64,000 nt of DNA from a virus (Duplodnaviria; Heunggongvirae; Uroviricota; Caudoviricetes), in the IMG/VR virus record IMGVR_UViG_3300017987_005500. One strand, given 5' to 3'. The position numbers were made by a program, and so were the translations under genes. Under the pieces are notes generated by a model. It saw only the letters and a program-made list of their open reading frames with translations. It ran no database searches and had not been told where the DNA came from. Shown one piece after another: positions 36,988 through 44,880 of this stretch; position 1 is the stretch's first letter, and every line of letters starts with the position of its first letter.

Positions 36988-38019
36988 CTACATTGAAAAA
37001 TCGGCAGCATCAGTAAAGTTTGCTGCATTAGGATTTTTCATCCATGCTGCAGTTGTTACCATACTTACATATGGGAACCCATCTTCTTTATGTAATGCCT
37101 GTCCAATAAACTGACGATTTTTTATTGTCTCAAAAGATATATTCATTTCTTGTTGCTCAACATCTCTTTGAAACTTAGTTTTAATGAATCCTTTAAGAAC
37201 ATTTTTGACTCTTTCATCTTCCTTTGCTTCAACTTTCTTAAGTTCATCAAGGATGTCCTTAATAGAGTTTATGTTAGCTGATGCAAGAGGAACCCTCATT
37301 TTAGGAGGCGGTGTGTTCTTACCAAATTTCTTTGCAAACCATATAGCAACACTCCCATAGCTTTCTCTGATAAGAGGTTCCCATATTGATTTCCAATACT
37401 TATAATTCGGAGTTCTTTCAACACCAATAACATCTCCGTTTAAAAGGATTATAGCACCAACCATCTTTGGAACTATTTCAAATTCAGCTATAAATGTGCT
37501 AAGCTGTTTATCAAAACCTTGTAGAAATAATTCAAGATGACCTTTATTTAAAAGACCCAATTCTTGATTGAATTCTTTAATAACTGGCCACAATTCCTGA
37601 TATGAAGTACTGTTTTTTGTCATTGTTGCAAATTCTCTCATCGCCCAAGGTAAAATAGACATATGATAATCAGAGTCAGATCTTATACTTCCACCCTGAG
37701 AGTCTTGAATACAACGAGCTTGCTTTGTTGTATAACTCCCTCTGCCTTTCATAAAAATACCTTTAGGAGATGAATGATTTTGTGCAGTTTGTTTAGACAT
37801 TACAGCTCCACCGGTAGGAAATATTGTTGGAGCATTACCCAAGTTTTTCACATTTAATGTACCATAATCTCCGGTACTTGCTTCAATATTTCCAATTGGT
37901 GCTTCAAAACTATCATCGACAATGTCTGATAATAATGGGATGATTTGCATAAATCCCACTGACTGCATTCTTCCAGGTGTGCATCCTTTTAAGATGCTTG
38001 CAATTGTGATTTCTTTCAT
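36988..38019 (-). CDS. Hypothetical protein (343 aa)
   Basis: Long ORF, ATGA-coupled to upstream vWA gene. Confidence 0.5.
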   Translation of the reverse strand: MKEITIASILKGCTPGRMQSVGFMQIIPLLSDIVDDSFEAPIGNIEASTGDYGTLNVKNLGNAPTIFPTGGAVMSKQTAQNHSSPKGIFMKGRGSYTTKQARCIQDSQGGSIRSDSDYHMSILPWAMREFATMTKNSTSYQELWPVIKEFNQELGLLNKGHLELFLQGFDKQLSTFIAEFEIVPKMVGAIILLNGDVIGVERTPNYKYWKSIWEPLIRESYGSVAIWFAKKFGKNTPPPKMRVPLASANINSIKDILDELKKVEAKEDERVKNVLKGFIKTKFQRDVEQQEMNISFETIKNRQFIGQALHKEDGFPYVSMVTTAAWMKNPNAANFTDAADFSM

Positions 38020-39629
38020 TGCGTCACCTCCTTCTTTTTCTTCGGTGCTTCAAGCATAGGTAATATCATTTGTAATAATGATTTCAGTCCATTCATAGGG
38101 TCAACTTCCAACATTGGTTTGAAGAATGTTAGTCCAACCGCTTCAGGTTTTGAGATAGGCATAACAGGAATTAAATCACTAAGTTGTCTAACTCCTTCTT
38201 TTGCCTCAGCTGCACTTACAGGATTTATATGATAAATGGGAAGATTCCACCCAAGTCTTCTTACAACTTGAATGACTTCATGTGTTCTTCCTGCTGGAGC
38301 ATTTTCATACCCATCACTTATAATAAATACTGCGTCAGGTTCATTTTCCAAAACTTTAGCAAGAGACATTGCTAATGAAGAGTCACCCATTGGATAAGAA
38401 AGTCCATCCTTTGAATAACCTCCTGCAAATTCAATGTAATAATTTTCGCAAGCATGTTTAAGCATTTCTCTTGTGGCACTTGCTATTGAAATAGGACGCA
38501 TATGCTGCTCACCACTTCCTGACATTGAATAAGAACCGTCAAATACAATTCCTAATCTTCCATATCTGAAAGGTAATGATTGAGCTGCTTTTCTTGCTTT
38601 CCCATTAATTGCATTTTTAATATCTTTTGACATACCCATTTTATAGGCGTATATAAATAACTCTGCCATTGGGAATTTCTTTGGATTGAATGTAACAGCG
38701 ACTCCCTCTTTCTGTGCTTTATTTTGGACCAACTTCTTTTGCTTTGTTGTCATAGTTTTCTTGGTCAAATTAAGCATTTCAGCTTGAGTGGTTTTGGAAT
38801 GATATGTACTCCTTATCCCATCAAGAATATCAGGAGGTAAAATAGCTCCTGCTTTCAAGTCAGTTTTAGCGTCGCCATAAGCTTTAAGCATCTTTACAGT
38901 ATAATCCATTTTGATACCAAGTATAAAAGCAATACATTGGATCATATCACCGTCTGACATTTTAGGATTTTTAAATTTGAAAATATCTGCAGTAAGATAA
39001 TCCATCTCCTTTTGATCAAATGATGCAACCAATGGAGTTGATAAATCTTTCAGATTATTTTCTAATATTGCTTTCACAATATTTTTATAACGTATACCCC
39101 AACAATGAGTTAACACTTTTAAAACTTTTGGTTTATATTTTACTGACCAAAGTTCTAAAGAGCGAGACCCAAGGATATAAGTCAACATTACACGTCGTGT
39201 CCTTGAGTTATTCACTTTATTGTCCACCATTTCAACAAACGTATTAAGAACCTTGTTTGGTTGGAGTTCTTTTAATAGTTTATTGATGATGTCATTTTCG
39301 GTATTGATTGGTAAAGTACTTTTTGTATTTCCTCTCCATGGATTTGATAACAATGCTTTAAATGCAGCTTGTCTTGCAAATTCAATTGCTCCTGGAAGGC
39401 AAAAAATACTTGCGTAAATACCCCTGTCTATGGCAAATACGTTTCGATGGAGAGTTTTCCTTGCTAACTCCATCTCTTCTTTTGTCTGGTAATGTGTATC
39501 TTTGCTTGTGTCAACTGCTACAAGGTTAAGCAAAGATAATGTAGCGTCAGCTAATTCTTCAATCTTCTTAGTCGGTAAGTGATCGAACGTAATGTGCTCT
39601 GGTAGTCCAGACTTTTGTACTAATTCCAT
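38016..39629 (-). CDS. von Willebrand factor A (vWA) domain protein (537 aa)
   Basis: 'GIVFDGSYSMSGSGEQ' MIDAS-like DxSxS motif; later 'IISDGYENAP'. Confidence 0.45.
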   Translation of the reverse strand: MELVQKSGLPEHITFDHLPTKKIEELADATLSLLNLVAVDTSKDTHYQTKEEMELARKTLHRNVFAIDRGIYASIFCLPGAIEFARQAAFKALLSNPWRGNTKSTLPINTENDIINKLLKELQPNKVLNTFVEMVDNKVNNSRTRRVMLTYILGSRSLELWSVKYKPKVLKVLTHCWGIRYKNIVKAILENNLKDLSTPLVASFDQKEMDYLTADIFKFKNPKMSDGDMIQCIAFILGIKMDYTVKMLKAYGDAKTDLKAGAILPPDILDGIRSTYHSKTTQAEMLNLTKKTMTTKQKKLVQNKAQKEGVAVTFNPKKFPMAELFIYAYKMGMSKDIKNAINGKARKAAQSLPFRYGRLGIVFDGSYSMSGSGEQHMRPISIASATREMLKHACENYYIEFAGGYSKDGLSYPMGDSSLAMSLAKVLENEPDAVFIISDGYENAPAGRTHEVIQVVRRLGWNLPIYHINPVSAAEAKEGVRQLSDLIPVMPISKPEAVGLTFFKPMLEVDPMNGLKSLLQMILPMLEAPKKKKEVTQ

Positions 39630-39669
39630 TTTCTTTGTGCTCCGATGATTTCATTATTCAGTTTTAAAA

Positions 39670-39806
39670 TGGCGGCGGGTGAAGGACTCGAACCTTCAGA
39701 TTCAATCTTATTAGGACTGTGTCTTTACCATTATTCTAAAGTAACTTTAAAAGTCCCTTAAAGGGTAAGGTAAAAATTACAAGAAAGTCGATTTGACTAA
39801 CCCGCC
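39670..39806 (-). ncRNA. tRNA-like gene with ~60-nt insertion between acceptor 5' strand and D/anticodon region (anticodon loop reads AAT)
   Basis: 3' part has T arm 'gaagg-ttcgagt-ccttc', acceptor 'acccgcc'+g+CCA, and anticodon stem-loop 'cagtc-ctaataa-gattg'. The complementary acceptor strand 'ggcgggt' plus 'ta gtca' lies 137 nt upstream. The insert contains palindrome 'ccctttaaggg' and motif 'ttaccttaccc'. Confidence 0.4.
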
Positions 39807-39817
39807 ATTTATATCAT

Positions 39818-40468
39818 TTATCCAAGTAGTCCAGTTGATTCTTTCTTCAACTTGATTTCCTGAATAAGATCAAGACCTTCGATGAGTTTCATCATCACAT
39901 GGTCTTTTCTCTTTGTGTTATTGGAAATTGCTTCAAGCTCTTCCAGGGTCTTCCCACTCAAGAACTTTTGTGCCTTTTCCTTGAAACCTTCTCCGGTAAG
40001 TTCTTCAACGTCGCCGCCTCTTACAAGATAAGCTTTTCCGTCTTCTTTTTCAATTCTTGCATCACCCAATACGCCGGAGTTAATGATACTTTCAACAGCA
40101 ACTTTAAGAGCAATACCCTTGATGTCTTCTTTCAATGTAACTTCTTCAATTTTAAATCCTACTAATTTTGCAATCATTTCTTCTTCCTCCTTGTCTGTAA
40201 TTTCAGTCTTCTCTGATGTAATTCCTATTGGATTTCTCATTGTGACTAATTCATGGTCAAATCGTTTTGTATGGGAAATAAAAAGATCTTTCGGTGTATC
40301 ATCATCTAATCTTACATGGATGAAAAATTTCTCATGTTCTCCATACTCAACATAGCTTAGCATCGTCTTGATACCAAACAATTCAAAAATAATATTAACG
40401 TCAGTTGCGTCTGTCTTAAATTCAATTAGTTTTTCTCGAGAAATCTCGTAAACAACTGCTCTTCTCAT
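39818..40468 (-). CDS. Hypothetical protein (216 aa)
   Basis: ORF between two tRNA-like elements. Confidence 0.5.
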   Translation of the reverse strand: MRRAVVYEISREKLIEFKTDATDVNIIFELFGIKTMLSYVEYGEHEKFFIHVRLDDDTPKDLFISHTKRFDHELVTMRNPIGITSEKTEITDKEEEEMIAKLVGFKIEEVTLKEDIKGIALKVAVESIINSGVLGDARIEKEDGKAYLVRGGDVEELTGEGFKEKAQKFLSGKTLEELEAISNNTKRKDHVMMKLIEGLDLIQEIKLKKESTGLLG

Positions 40469-40494
40469 TTCTCATTCTCCTAAAAATATAAAAA

Positions 40495-40621
40495 TGGTCG
40501 GGGGGGCAGGAATCGAACCTGCAATCTCATTTCCCACAAAAATGCGTTTATCCTAAATTAACTTTTTGTAGTCCCTAAAAGGGTAGATTAAAAAATCAAT
40601 ATTTTTTTTAAACTTCCCCCC
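40495..40621 (-). ncRNA. tRNA-His-like gene (anticodon GTG) with ~50-nt insertion in the D-loop
   Basis: 3' part: anticodon arm 'cattt-ttgtggg-aaatg', T arm 'gcagg-ttcgatt-cctgc', acceptor 'ccccccg'+a+CCA. 5' strand 'cgggggg aa gttt' is 127 nt upstream, and the D stem gttt/aaac closes around the insert. Insert carries palindrome 'cccttttaggg'. Confidence 0.45.
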
Positions 40622-40645
40622 GATAAATTGTGTTTTAAAAAATTA

Positions 40646-40723
40646 GGCAGAATAATAAGGACCCTGAAAACCTCTCCAGCCACGGTAAGGTGTGAAGATT
40701 CCTTATCAATTCTGCCCATTATG
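40646..40723. other. Long imperfect hairpin (16-17-bp stem, ~37-nt loop) in tRNA cluster
   Basis: 'ggcagaataataagga' ... 'tccttatcaattctgcc'; loop contains 'ccacggtaaggtgtgaag' (GGTAAGGT motif). Confidence 0.4.
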
Positions 40724-40820
40724 CCGAGACCCCTCTCAGACATAAAAGTATTATGAATTATAATTATGAGGACAGACCAAGCGATTTAGGTCATAAAATA
40801 ATAATAATTCATAAAGAGTT

Positions 40821-40941
40821 GGAGAGTATCAGGTTCGAACCGATATATCATATCCGAAGATAAATGTTTTGCCCGACAATTTTCTACCCGCATGCCAACG
40901 CCGGAAGGTAAATCGAAAATTGTACTTTAAACTAACTCTCC
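40821..40941 (-). ncRNA. tRNA-like element with perfect acceptor and T arm but no canonical anticodon arm
   Basis: Acceptor ggagagt/actctcc (7/7), T arm 'atcgg-ttcgaac-ctgat'. 5' 'ggagagt ta gttt' is followed by a ~46-nt insert containing 'tttaccttcc'. The would-be anticodon region is a UUCG tetraloop hairpin 'tatc-ttcg-gata'. Confidence 0.3.
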
Positions 40942-40987
40942 ATAAAAAGGTGACGGGGTAAGGTAAATAGCACTGTGTTGTTTATCG

Positions 40988-41060
40988 TCAGATTTACGGT
41001 CTGATGCCTCAACCATTGGGCTATACACGCAAAGGAGCGTACAACGGGACTTGAACCCGC
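40988..41060 (-). ncRNA. tRNA-Tyr-like (GTA) 5' half preceded by a T-arm/acceptor-3' module: possible permuted or split tRNA
   Basis: Plus coords 40988-41030 encode (minus) acceptor 'gcgtgta', D arm, anticodon arm 'tcaga-ccgtaaa-tctga' (GTA). No T arm follows. Immediately 5' of it (plus 41034-41060) lies T arm 'gcggg-ttcaagt-cccgt' + 'tgtacgc', which can pair with 'gcgtgta' (5 WC + 2 G.U). Confidence 0.3.
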
Positions 41061-41145
41061 AAGATTTCTAAAGTACCATAAAAAGTCCCCGTATAAATTC
41101 TTAAAACTTTTACTAAACTAAGGTAGGGTAAAAAGCATATCGTAA

Positions 41146-41225
41146 AATTAATGTCCGGACTTGAACCGGAAACATCTTGCTTAGTAGGCAAGTACTCTAA
41201 CCAATTGAGCTACTTTATTTTCTAA
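41146..41225 (-). ncRNA. tRNA-like gene, anticodon loop reads ACT, weakly paired acceptor
   Basis: Good D arm 'gctc-aattggtta-gagt', anticodon arm 'cttgc-ctactaa-gcaag', T arm 'tccgg-ttcaagt-ccgga'. Acceptor strands 'aataaag'/'cattaat' pair at only 5/7. Confidence 0.35.
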
Positions 41226-41360
41226 AATGCCTCTTTGAGTCCTTAGCTTAGTAAAAGCTTTAAAAGTAAAATTTTAACAGGGTAAGGTGAACAGCACTGT
41301 AATACAAATGTTGATTCCAAAAATCAATGCCTTTACCAATTTGGCCATATCCCCGGTTTG

Positions 41361-41430
41361 TGGTGGAGAAAATAGGATTCGAACCTATAAATATTCTAAA
41401 GTACCATTATAAGTCCCTGTTAAAAATTTT
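41361..41430 (-). ncRNA. T-arm/acceptor-3'/CCA module preceded by conserved 'GGGAC(T)TTT..TACTTTAGAA' block; no complementary 5' acceptor found
   Basis: 'atagg-ttcgaat-cctat tttctcc a cca'. Upstream (minus) 'cagggacttataatggtactttagaatatttat' resembles blocks next to other tRNA-like elements. Confidence 0.25.
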
Positions 41431-41489
41431 AATTCATTAAAAATAAGTTTTGACATATTTTAAATTGAGGTAGGGTAAAAAAGTAGCTT

Positions 41490-41565
41490 TGGAGTATATT
41501 GAAGGAGTTGAACCTTCGACATCAAAATTACAAGTTTTGTGCTCTACCAACTGAGCTAAGTATAC
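41490..41565 (-). tRNA. tRNA-Thr (anticodon TGT), second copy
   Basis: Acceptor gtatact/aatatac (one mismatch), D arm 'gctc-agttggta-gagc', anticodon arm 'caaaa-cttgtaa-ttttg', T arm 'gaagg-ttcaact-ccttc', CCA encoded. Confidence 0.6.
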
Positions 41566-41796
41566 GAAAATACCTTTTAAAAGTCCTCAATTTAAAATAT
41601 GTCAAAACAAAATTATTTATATTCTTTTTTATGCCCATCATCACTTTTAAGCTATGTTACAGAAACTCGTATATCACATAGACCCGAAATCTAATGATAT
41701 ATCTTGAACTGCCTACAGGACTTAAATGTCAATAAAATTCTTTCGGGTTTTCACTGAGCACGCAATGATGAACACAAAGAAAAATATAAATACAAA

Positions 41797-41872
41797 AAGT
41801 ATGAGGGACTCGAACCCCCAACCTAACATTGATTTATTCAAAGTTTGCTCTACCAATTGAAGCTAATACTTT
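41797..41872 (-). ncRNA. tRNA-like gene / possible pseudogene (no canonical 7-nt anticodon loop)
   Basis: Acceptor aaagtat/atacttt perfect, D arm 'gctt-caattggta-gagc', T arm 'ggggg-ttcgagt-ccctc'. Anticodon region folds only as 'ttga-ataaa-tcaa' (5-nt loop). Confidence 0.3.
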
Positions 41873-41922
41873 CTATTAGTAAATAATATATATAGCAAAC
41901 TCTATTTATCCAAAATTTTTGA

Positions 41923-41999
41923 TGGAAGCGCCGACCGGAGTTGAACCGGCATATTCGAGTTTTGCAGACTCGTCCCTATCCATTTCGGGTCACGGCGCC
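41923..41999 (-). tRNA. tRNA-Cys (anticodon GCA)
   Basis: Acceptor ggcgccg/cggcgct (G.U at 1-72), anticodon arm 'cgagt-ctgcaaa-actcg', T arm 'gccgg-ttcaact-ccggt', CCA encoded. TGTAACAT motif lies just upstream (plus 42019-42026). Confidence 0.6.
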
Positions 42000-42030
42000 A
42001 CATCACTTAATTTATAATATGTTACATAAA
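42000..42030 (-). promoter_or_regulatory. TGTAACA promoter-like motif upstream of tRNA-Cys
   Basis: Minus reading 'ctttatGTAACATATTATAAAttaagtgatg' immediately 5' of the tRNA. Confidence 0.35.
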
Positions 42031-42044
42031 GAAAAAATAGCATC

Positions 42045-42305
42045 TTAAAACGATAATTCAGGAATATGAACTCGATATTCTTTCCCATCATATTTCCATT
42101 GAATATAAAATGATTGAGATCCAAAGTGCATAATCCATAAGAATGCCACAAATAAAAATCTAAGAAATAATACAAAATAAAATATTTGAAAATTAATTTC
42201 TTTTTTAAAAATTTCTATTATTATAATCAATGGAACTGCTATTGCCATACTGAAAAATAATAATACCATTATACCAAAAAGTGTTTCCATATTTCGCCTA
42301 TTCAA
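42045..42305 (-). CDS. Small hydrophobic membrane protein candidate (86 aa)
   Basis: Two predicted TM segments; sits between tRNA-Cys and tRNA-Ala. Alternative frame 41990..42175 rejected. Confidence 0.3.
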   Translation of the reverse strand: MNRRNMETLFGIMVLLFFSMAIAVPLIIIIEIFKKEINFQIFYFVLFLRFLFVAFLWIMHFGSQSFYIQWKYDGKEYRVHIPELSF

Positions 42306-42308
42306 AAA

Positions 42309-42384
42309 TGGTGGAGATGGTGAGAGTCGAACTCACGACTTCGACCTTGCAAGGGTCGCACTCATCCCACTGAGTTACATCCCC
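42309..42384 (-). tRNA. tRNA-Ala (anticodon TGC)
   Basis: Acceptor ggggatg/catctcc, D arm 'actc-agtgggat-gagt', anticodon arm 'cgacc-cttgcaa-ggtcg', T arm 'gtgag-ttcgact-ctcac', CCA encoded. Confidence 0.65.
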
Positions 42385-42916
42385 ACTTACTTAAAATATA
42401 TTTTTCTATAAAAGGAACTATTTCCTTTTTAAATCTTGAATGGTACATTTTATGATGATTTGGACAGAGGTAAATTAAATTTTCTTTTCTGTTATCAGTA
42501 TTATCTTCATTAACATGATGAACATCTAAAATCTTATTGAAATTGCATATTATACAACTATATGAATTATGTCTTTTGCATACAGTTTTATAATGAAGTT
42601 CACCCTTGTTTTCCATTGACTCTACATTTACTTTAGCAGAAAAGGATCTCGCACATTTATCAGAGCAATAATATCTATCTTTAGTAGGGAATTTATATTT
42701 TTTTTCAACAACTATAAAATCTTTTTTACAATTATTACAAATTACTGTAAATTCTTTATCTTCCCCACATTGAATAATAGATCGTTTTTGTTGTGCAAGT
42801 TTCATATTATCTGTACTGCGTTTGTTTGGATTTTCATTACACCATCTTGAATGATTACCTTTTTCAGATAATGTTTTAAAATCAAACTCTTTATCGCAAT
42901 ACTTACATGTCCACAT
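42362..42916 (-). CDS. HNH endonuclease (184 aa)
   Basis: 'DVHHVNEDNTDNRKENLIYLCPNHHKMYH' HNH box; N-terminal CxxC pairs; 3' end overlaps tRNA-Ala by ~20 nt. Confidence 0.6.
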   Translation of the reverse strand: MWTCKYCDKEFDFKTLSEKGNHSRWCNENPNKRSTDNMKLAQQKRSIIQCGEDKEFTVICNNCKKDFIVVEKKYKFPTKDRYYCSDKCARSFSAKVNVESMENKGELHYKTVCKRHNSYSCIICNFNKILDVHHVNEDNTDNRKENLIYLCPNHHKMYHSRFKKEIVPFIEKYILSKWGCNSVG

Positions 42917-43049
42917 AAAATTATATTATCTATTTTTTGAATGATATTTTTTTGGTGTTCCAGGGCAACGTTTATGAATAACAACTTTTGAGCTTCCATT
43001 AACGATAGTTCTTTTATTCCCAGTACCTTTACCAATTTTACATTTACAA

Positions 43050-43256
43050 TTAGGACATTTGCTCATTCGCTTTTTTCTCCCTTCGCTTTATTTGATCATT
43101 TAAGATTATTATACCGCCACACAAAGTCATCCATAATATCATAGGAATTGGATTACGAAATTTTAACACCCCTACAACTTCAAGTAAGAATGATGTTAAT
43201 GCTCCAATAAATCCTCCCCATGACATTTTAGCTAATGTATCTATTAATTCTTTCAT
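43050..43256 (-). CDS. Small membrane protein (68 aa)
   Basis: Hydrophobic 'WGGFIGALTSFLLEVVGVL...MILWMTLCGGIIIL'. Confidence 0.35.
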   Translation of the reverse strand: MKELIDTLAKMSWGGFIGALTSFLLEVVGVLKFRNPIPMILWMTLCGGIIILNDQIKRREKKANEQMS

Positions 43257-43642
43257 AACTTTCTCTTTTTCAATTGGTCATTTAATATTATAATTCCTCC
43301 ACAAAAGATTAACCATATTGTTCCAGTAATCCTATTAAAATAGGTATTGAAAAATACATGATCTAACTATACTGTTAGAGTTAATATAAAACTTAACCAT
43401 GCTGGAAGTTTAAAATTCTCAGCAAATGTAATAAGAATTTCTTCTTCTCGTTTAGTCATAATTCACCTACGCGATTCGGTCAATTAACTTACTTATAGAG
43501 TCCATTATTTGCATTATCTTATCAATTATGTCAGGACTTCCTCCTGCAATTAAACCGCAAAACATAAAGAATATTATAAATCTTCCAATCCATTGAATTA
43601 GCATAGAATCAGAGTCAAGTACTAATTTTGGAGTTTTCATAT

Positions 43643-43963
43643 TTACCTTCCTAGCATTTTTAATCGTAGGTCTTTATTTTCAGGTAATAAGAGATACTCT
43701 CCCATTCTACATAAATCTTCCGGAGACTCTTCAATTTGTCCATGAGAATGACATGGAGTTTCATCATACCATGTATAATGATGAATAAGACATTCACATA
43801 ACAATTCATCTTCGTCTATGTATAAATTGGGACAGATTTTCCCAGACTCTTTAAACATAAAAGTCTCTTCACTTTCCAAATTAATTGTCTGTTTAATCAT
43901 ATCAGGTTTGATAATTACAACACCCAATTGAATACAACAGTAACCACATCTTAGACATTTCAT
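43643..43963 (-). CDS. Cys-rich hypothetical protein (106 aa)
   Basis: 'CLRCGYCC...C..C' cluster. Confidence 0.4.
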   Translation of the reverse strand: MKCLRCGYCCIQLGVVIIKPDMIKQTINLESEETFMFKESGKICPNLYIDEDELLCECLIHHYTWYDETPCHSHGQIEESPEDLCRMGEYLLLPENKDLRLKMLGR

Positions 43964-43990
43964 AATTCACTCTTCGATTATTTCATTTAA

Positions 43991-44242
43991 TTATTTATTT
44001 CTTTTTCGTCTCGATGGTTCCTTTGATTTTTTTAGCTGACAAATCCCTCCTCGCTCCAAAAAGTCTTTCATGCAAAATGGACAAAACTTTGTCCCGGCGA
44101 CGTTAATCAATTTATCATGTTTAACATCAATTCGTCCATGAGTCTTGCATATAAAGACATTCACCATTTTAACTTTTTTCTTGCGATCTTGATTGAAATT
44201 TAAAAAGTCATTGCTGGTTGAAACAGGGATATTTTGAAACAT
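43991..44242 (-). CDS. Small zinc-finger-like protein (83 aa)
   Basis: 'CKTHG...CPFCMKDF'; basic C-terminus. Confidence 0.4.
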   Translation of the reverse strand: MFQNIPVSTSNDFLNFNQDRKKKVKMVNVFICKTHGRIDVKHDKLINVAGTKFCPFCMKDFLERGGICQLKKSKEPSRRKRNK

Positions 44243-44330
44243 ATAAACCTCATTATTTAAAGTTAATAATTAAGTTCTTCCCAATTGTCTTGCTAAAATT
44301 ATCGAAACATGAAACCTCCTTATATTATAA

Positions 44331-44408
44331 TGGTGACCCGGGTGGGATTCGAACCCACGACCGCCTGATTAAAAGTCAGATACTCTGACCGGACTGAGTT
44401 ACCGAGTC
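44331..44408 (-). tRNA. tRNA-Lys (anticodon TTT)
   Basis: Acceptor gactcgg/ccgggtc (one G.U), anticodon arm 'tctga-cttttaa-tcagg', T arm 'gtggg-ttcgaat-cccac', CCA encoded. Confidence 0.6.
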
Positions 44409-44412
44409 ATTA

Positions 44413-44504
44413 TGGTGGAGATAGAGGGATTCGAACCCTCGACACCCCAAGTGCAGTGCCGGCATTACCTGCTTTGGGCGCTCTTACCGCTAAAGCTATA
44501 TCCC
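44413..44504 (-). ncRNA. tRNA-like gene (92 nt) with extended/ambiguous anticodon region
   Basis: T arm 'gaggg-ttcgaat-ccctc', acceptor 'tatctcc'+a+CCA, D arm 'gctt-tagcggtaa-gagc', 5' acceptor 'tgggata' (6/7). Between D and T arms, a 'cccaa...ttggg' pairing encloses ~27 nt instead of a 7-nt loop. Confidence 0.35.
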
Positions 44505-44508
44505 ATTT

Positions 44509-44856
44509 TTACTTTTTAACAATTTTAAATTCTGGAATGAGTTTATTTGCATATATTACAAGATTTCTGAATACATGTGCAAATAATATTTTAATAGAAA
44601 AAGCAATTATATAACCAACACATATTAATGGCCAACATGTGTAAATATACATACATGCTAAAGTTACTTCAAAGTAACCAATTTTTTCATCATCAGGATC
44701 TTTATGTCTATCTTTTTCACAACTTCCAGTTGTGAAGAATTCAAATACATTAGGAAATATATGTCTAAATAATATTGTTCCTATGAAAAGAGTACATACA
44801 AAATAAATAAACCAAAATATCGAAGAACCTAATACACCTAACATAAATTTTATCAT
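44509..44856 (-). CDS. Membrane protein, paralog A (115 aa)
   Basis: 'MIKFMLGVLGSSIFWFIYFVCTLFIGTILF...LIPEFKIVKK'; paralog of 44881..45198. Confidence 0.5.
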   Translation of the reverse strand: MIKFMLGVLGSSIFWFIYFVCTLFIGTILFRHIFPNVFEFFTTGSCEKDRHKDPDDEKIGYFEVTLACMYIYTCWPLICVGYIIAFSIKILFAHVFRNLVIYANKLIPEFKIVKK

Positions 44857-44880
44857 TTTATATATTCCTTTTTTCGCATT

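Noticed and set aside
39670-40941. tmRNA interpretation of the long tRNA-like elements
   Set aside because: They are only 120-137 nt with no tag-peptide reading frame or pseudoknot series. Real tmRNA is ~350 nt.
41499-41681. ORF-track ORFs overlapping tRNA genes (41499-41681, 41990-42175, 45128-45352, 50041-50382)
   Set aside because: Each runs through a well-formed tRNA and has no RBS. Peptides such as 'GGPERIRTSNLSVMSRR' are translated tRNA sequence.
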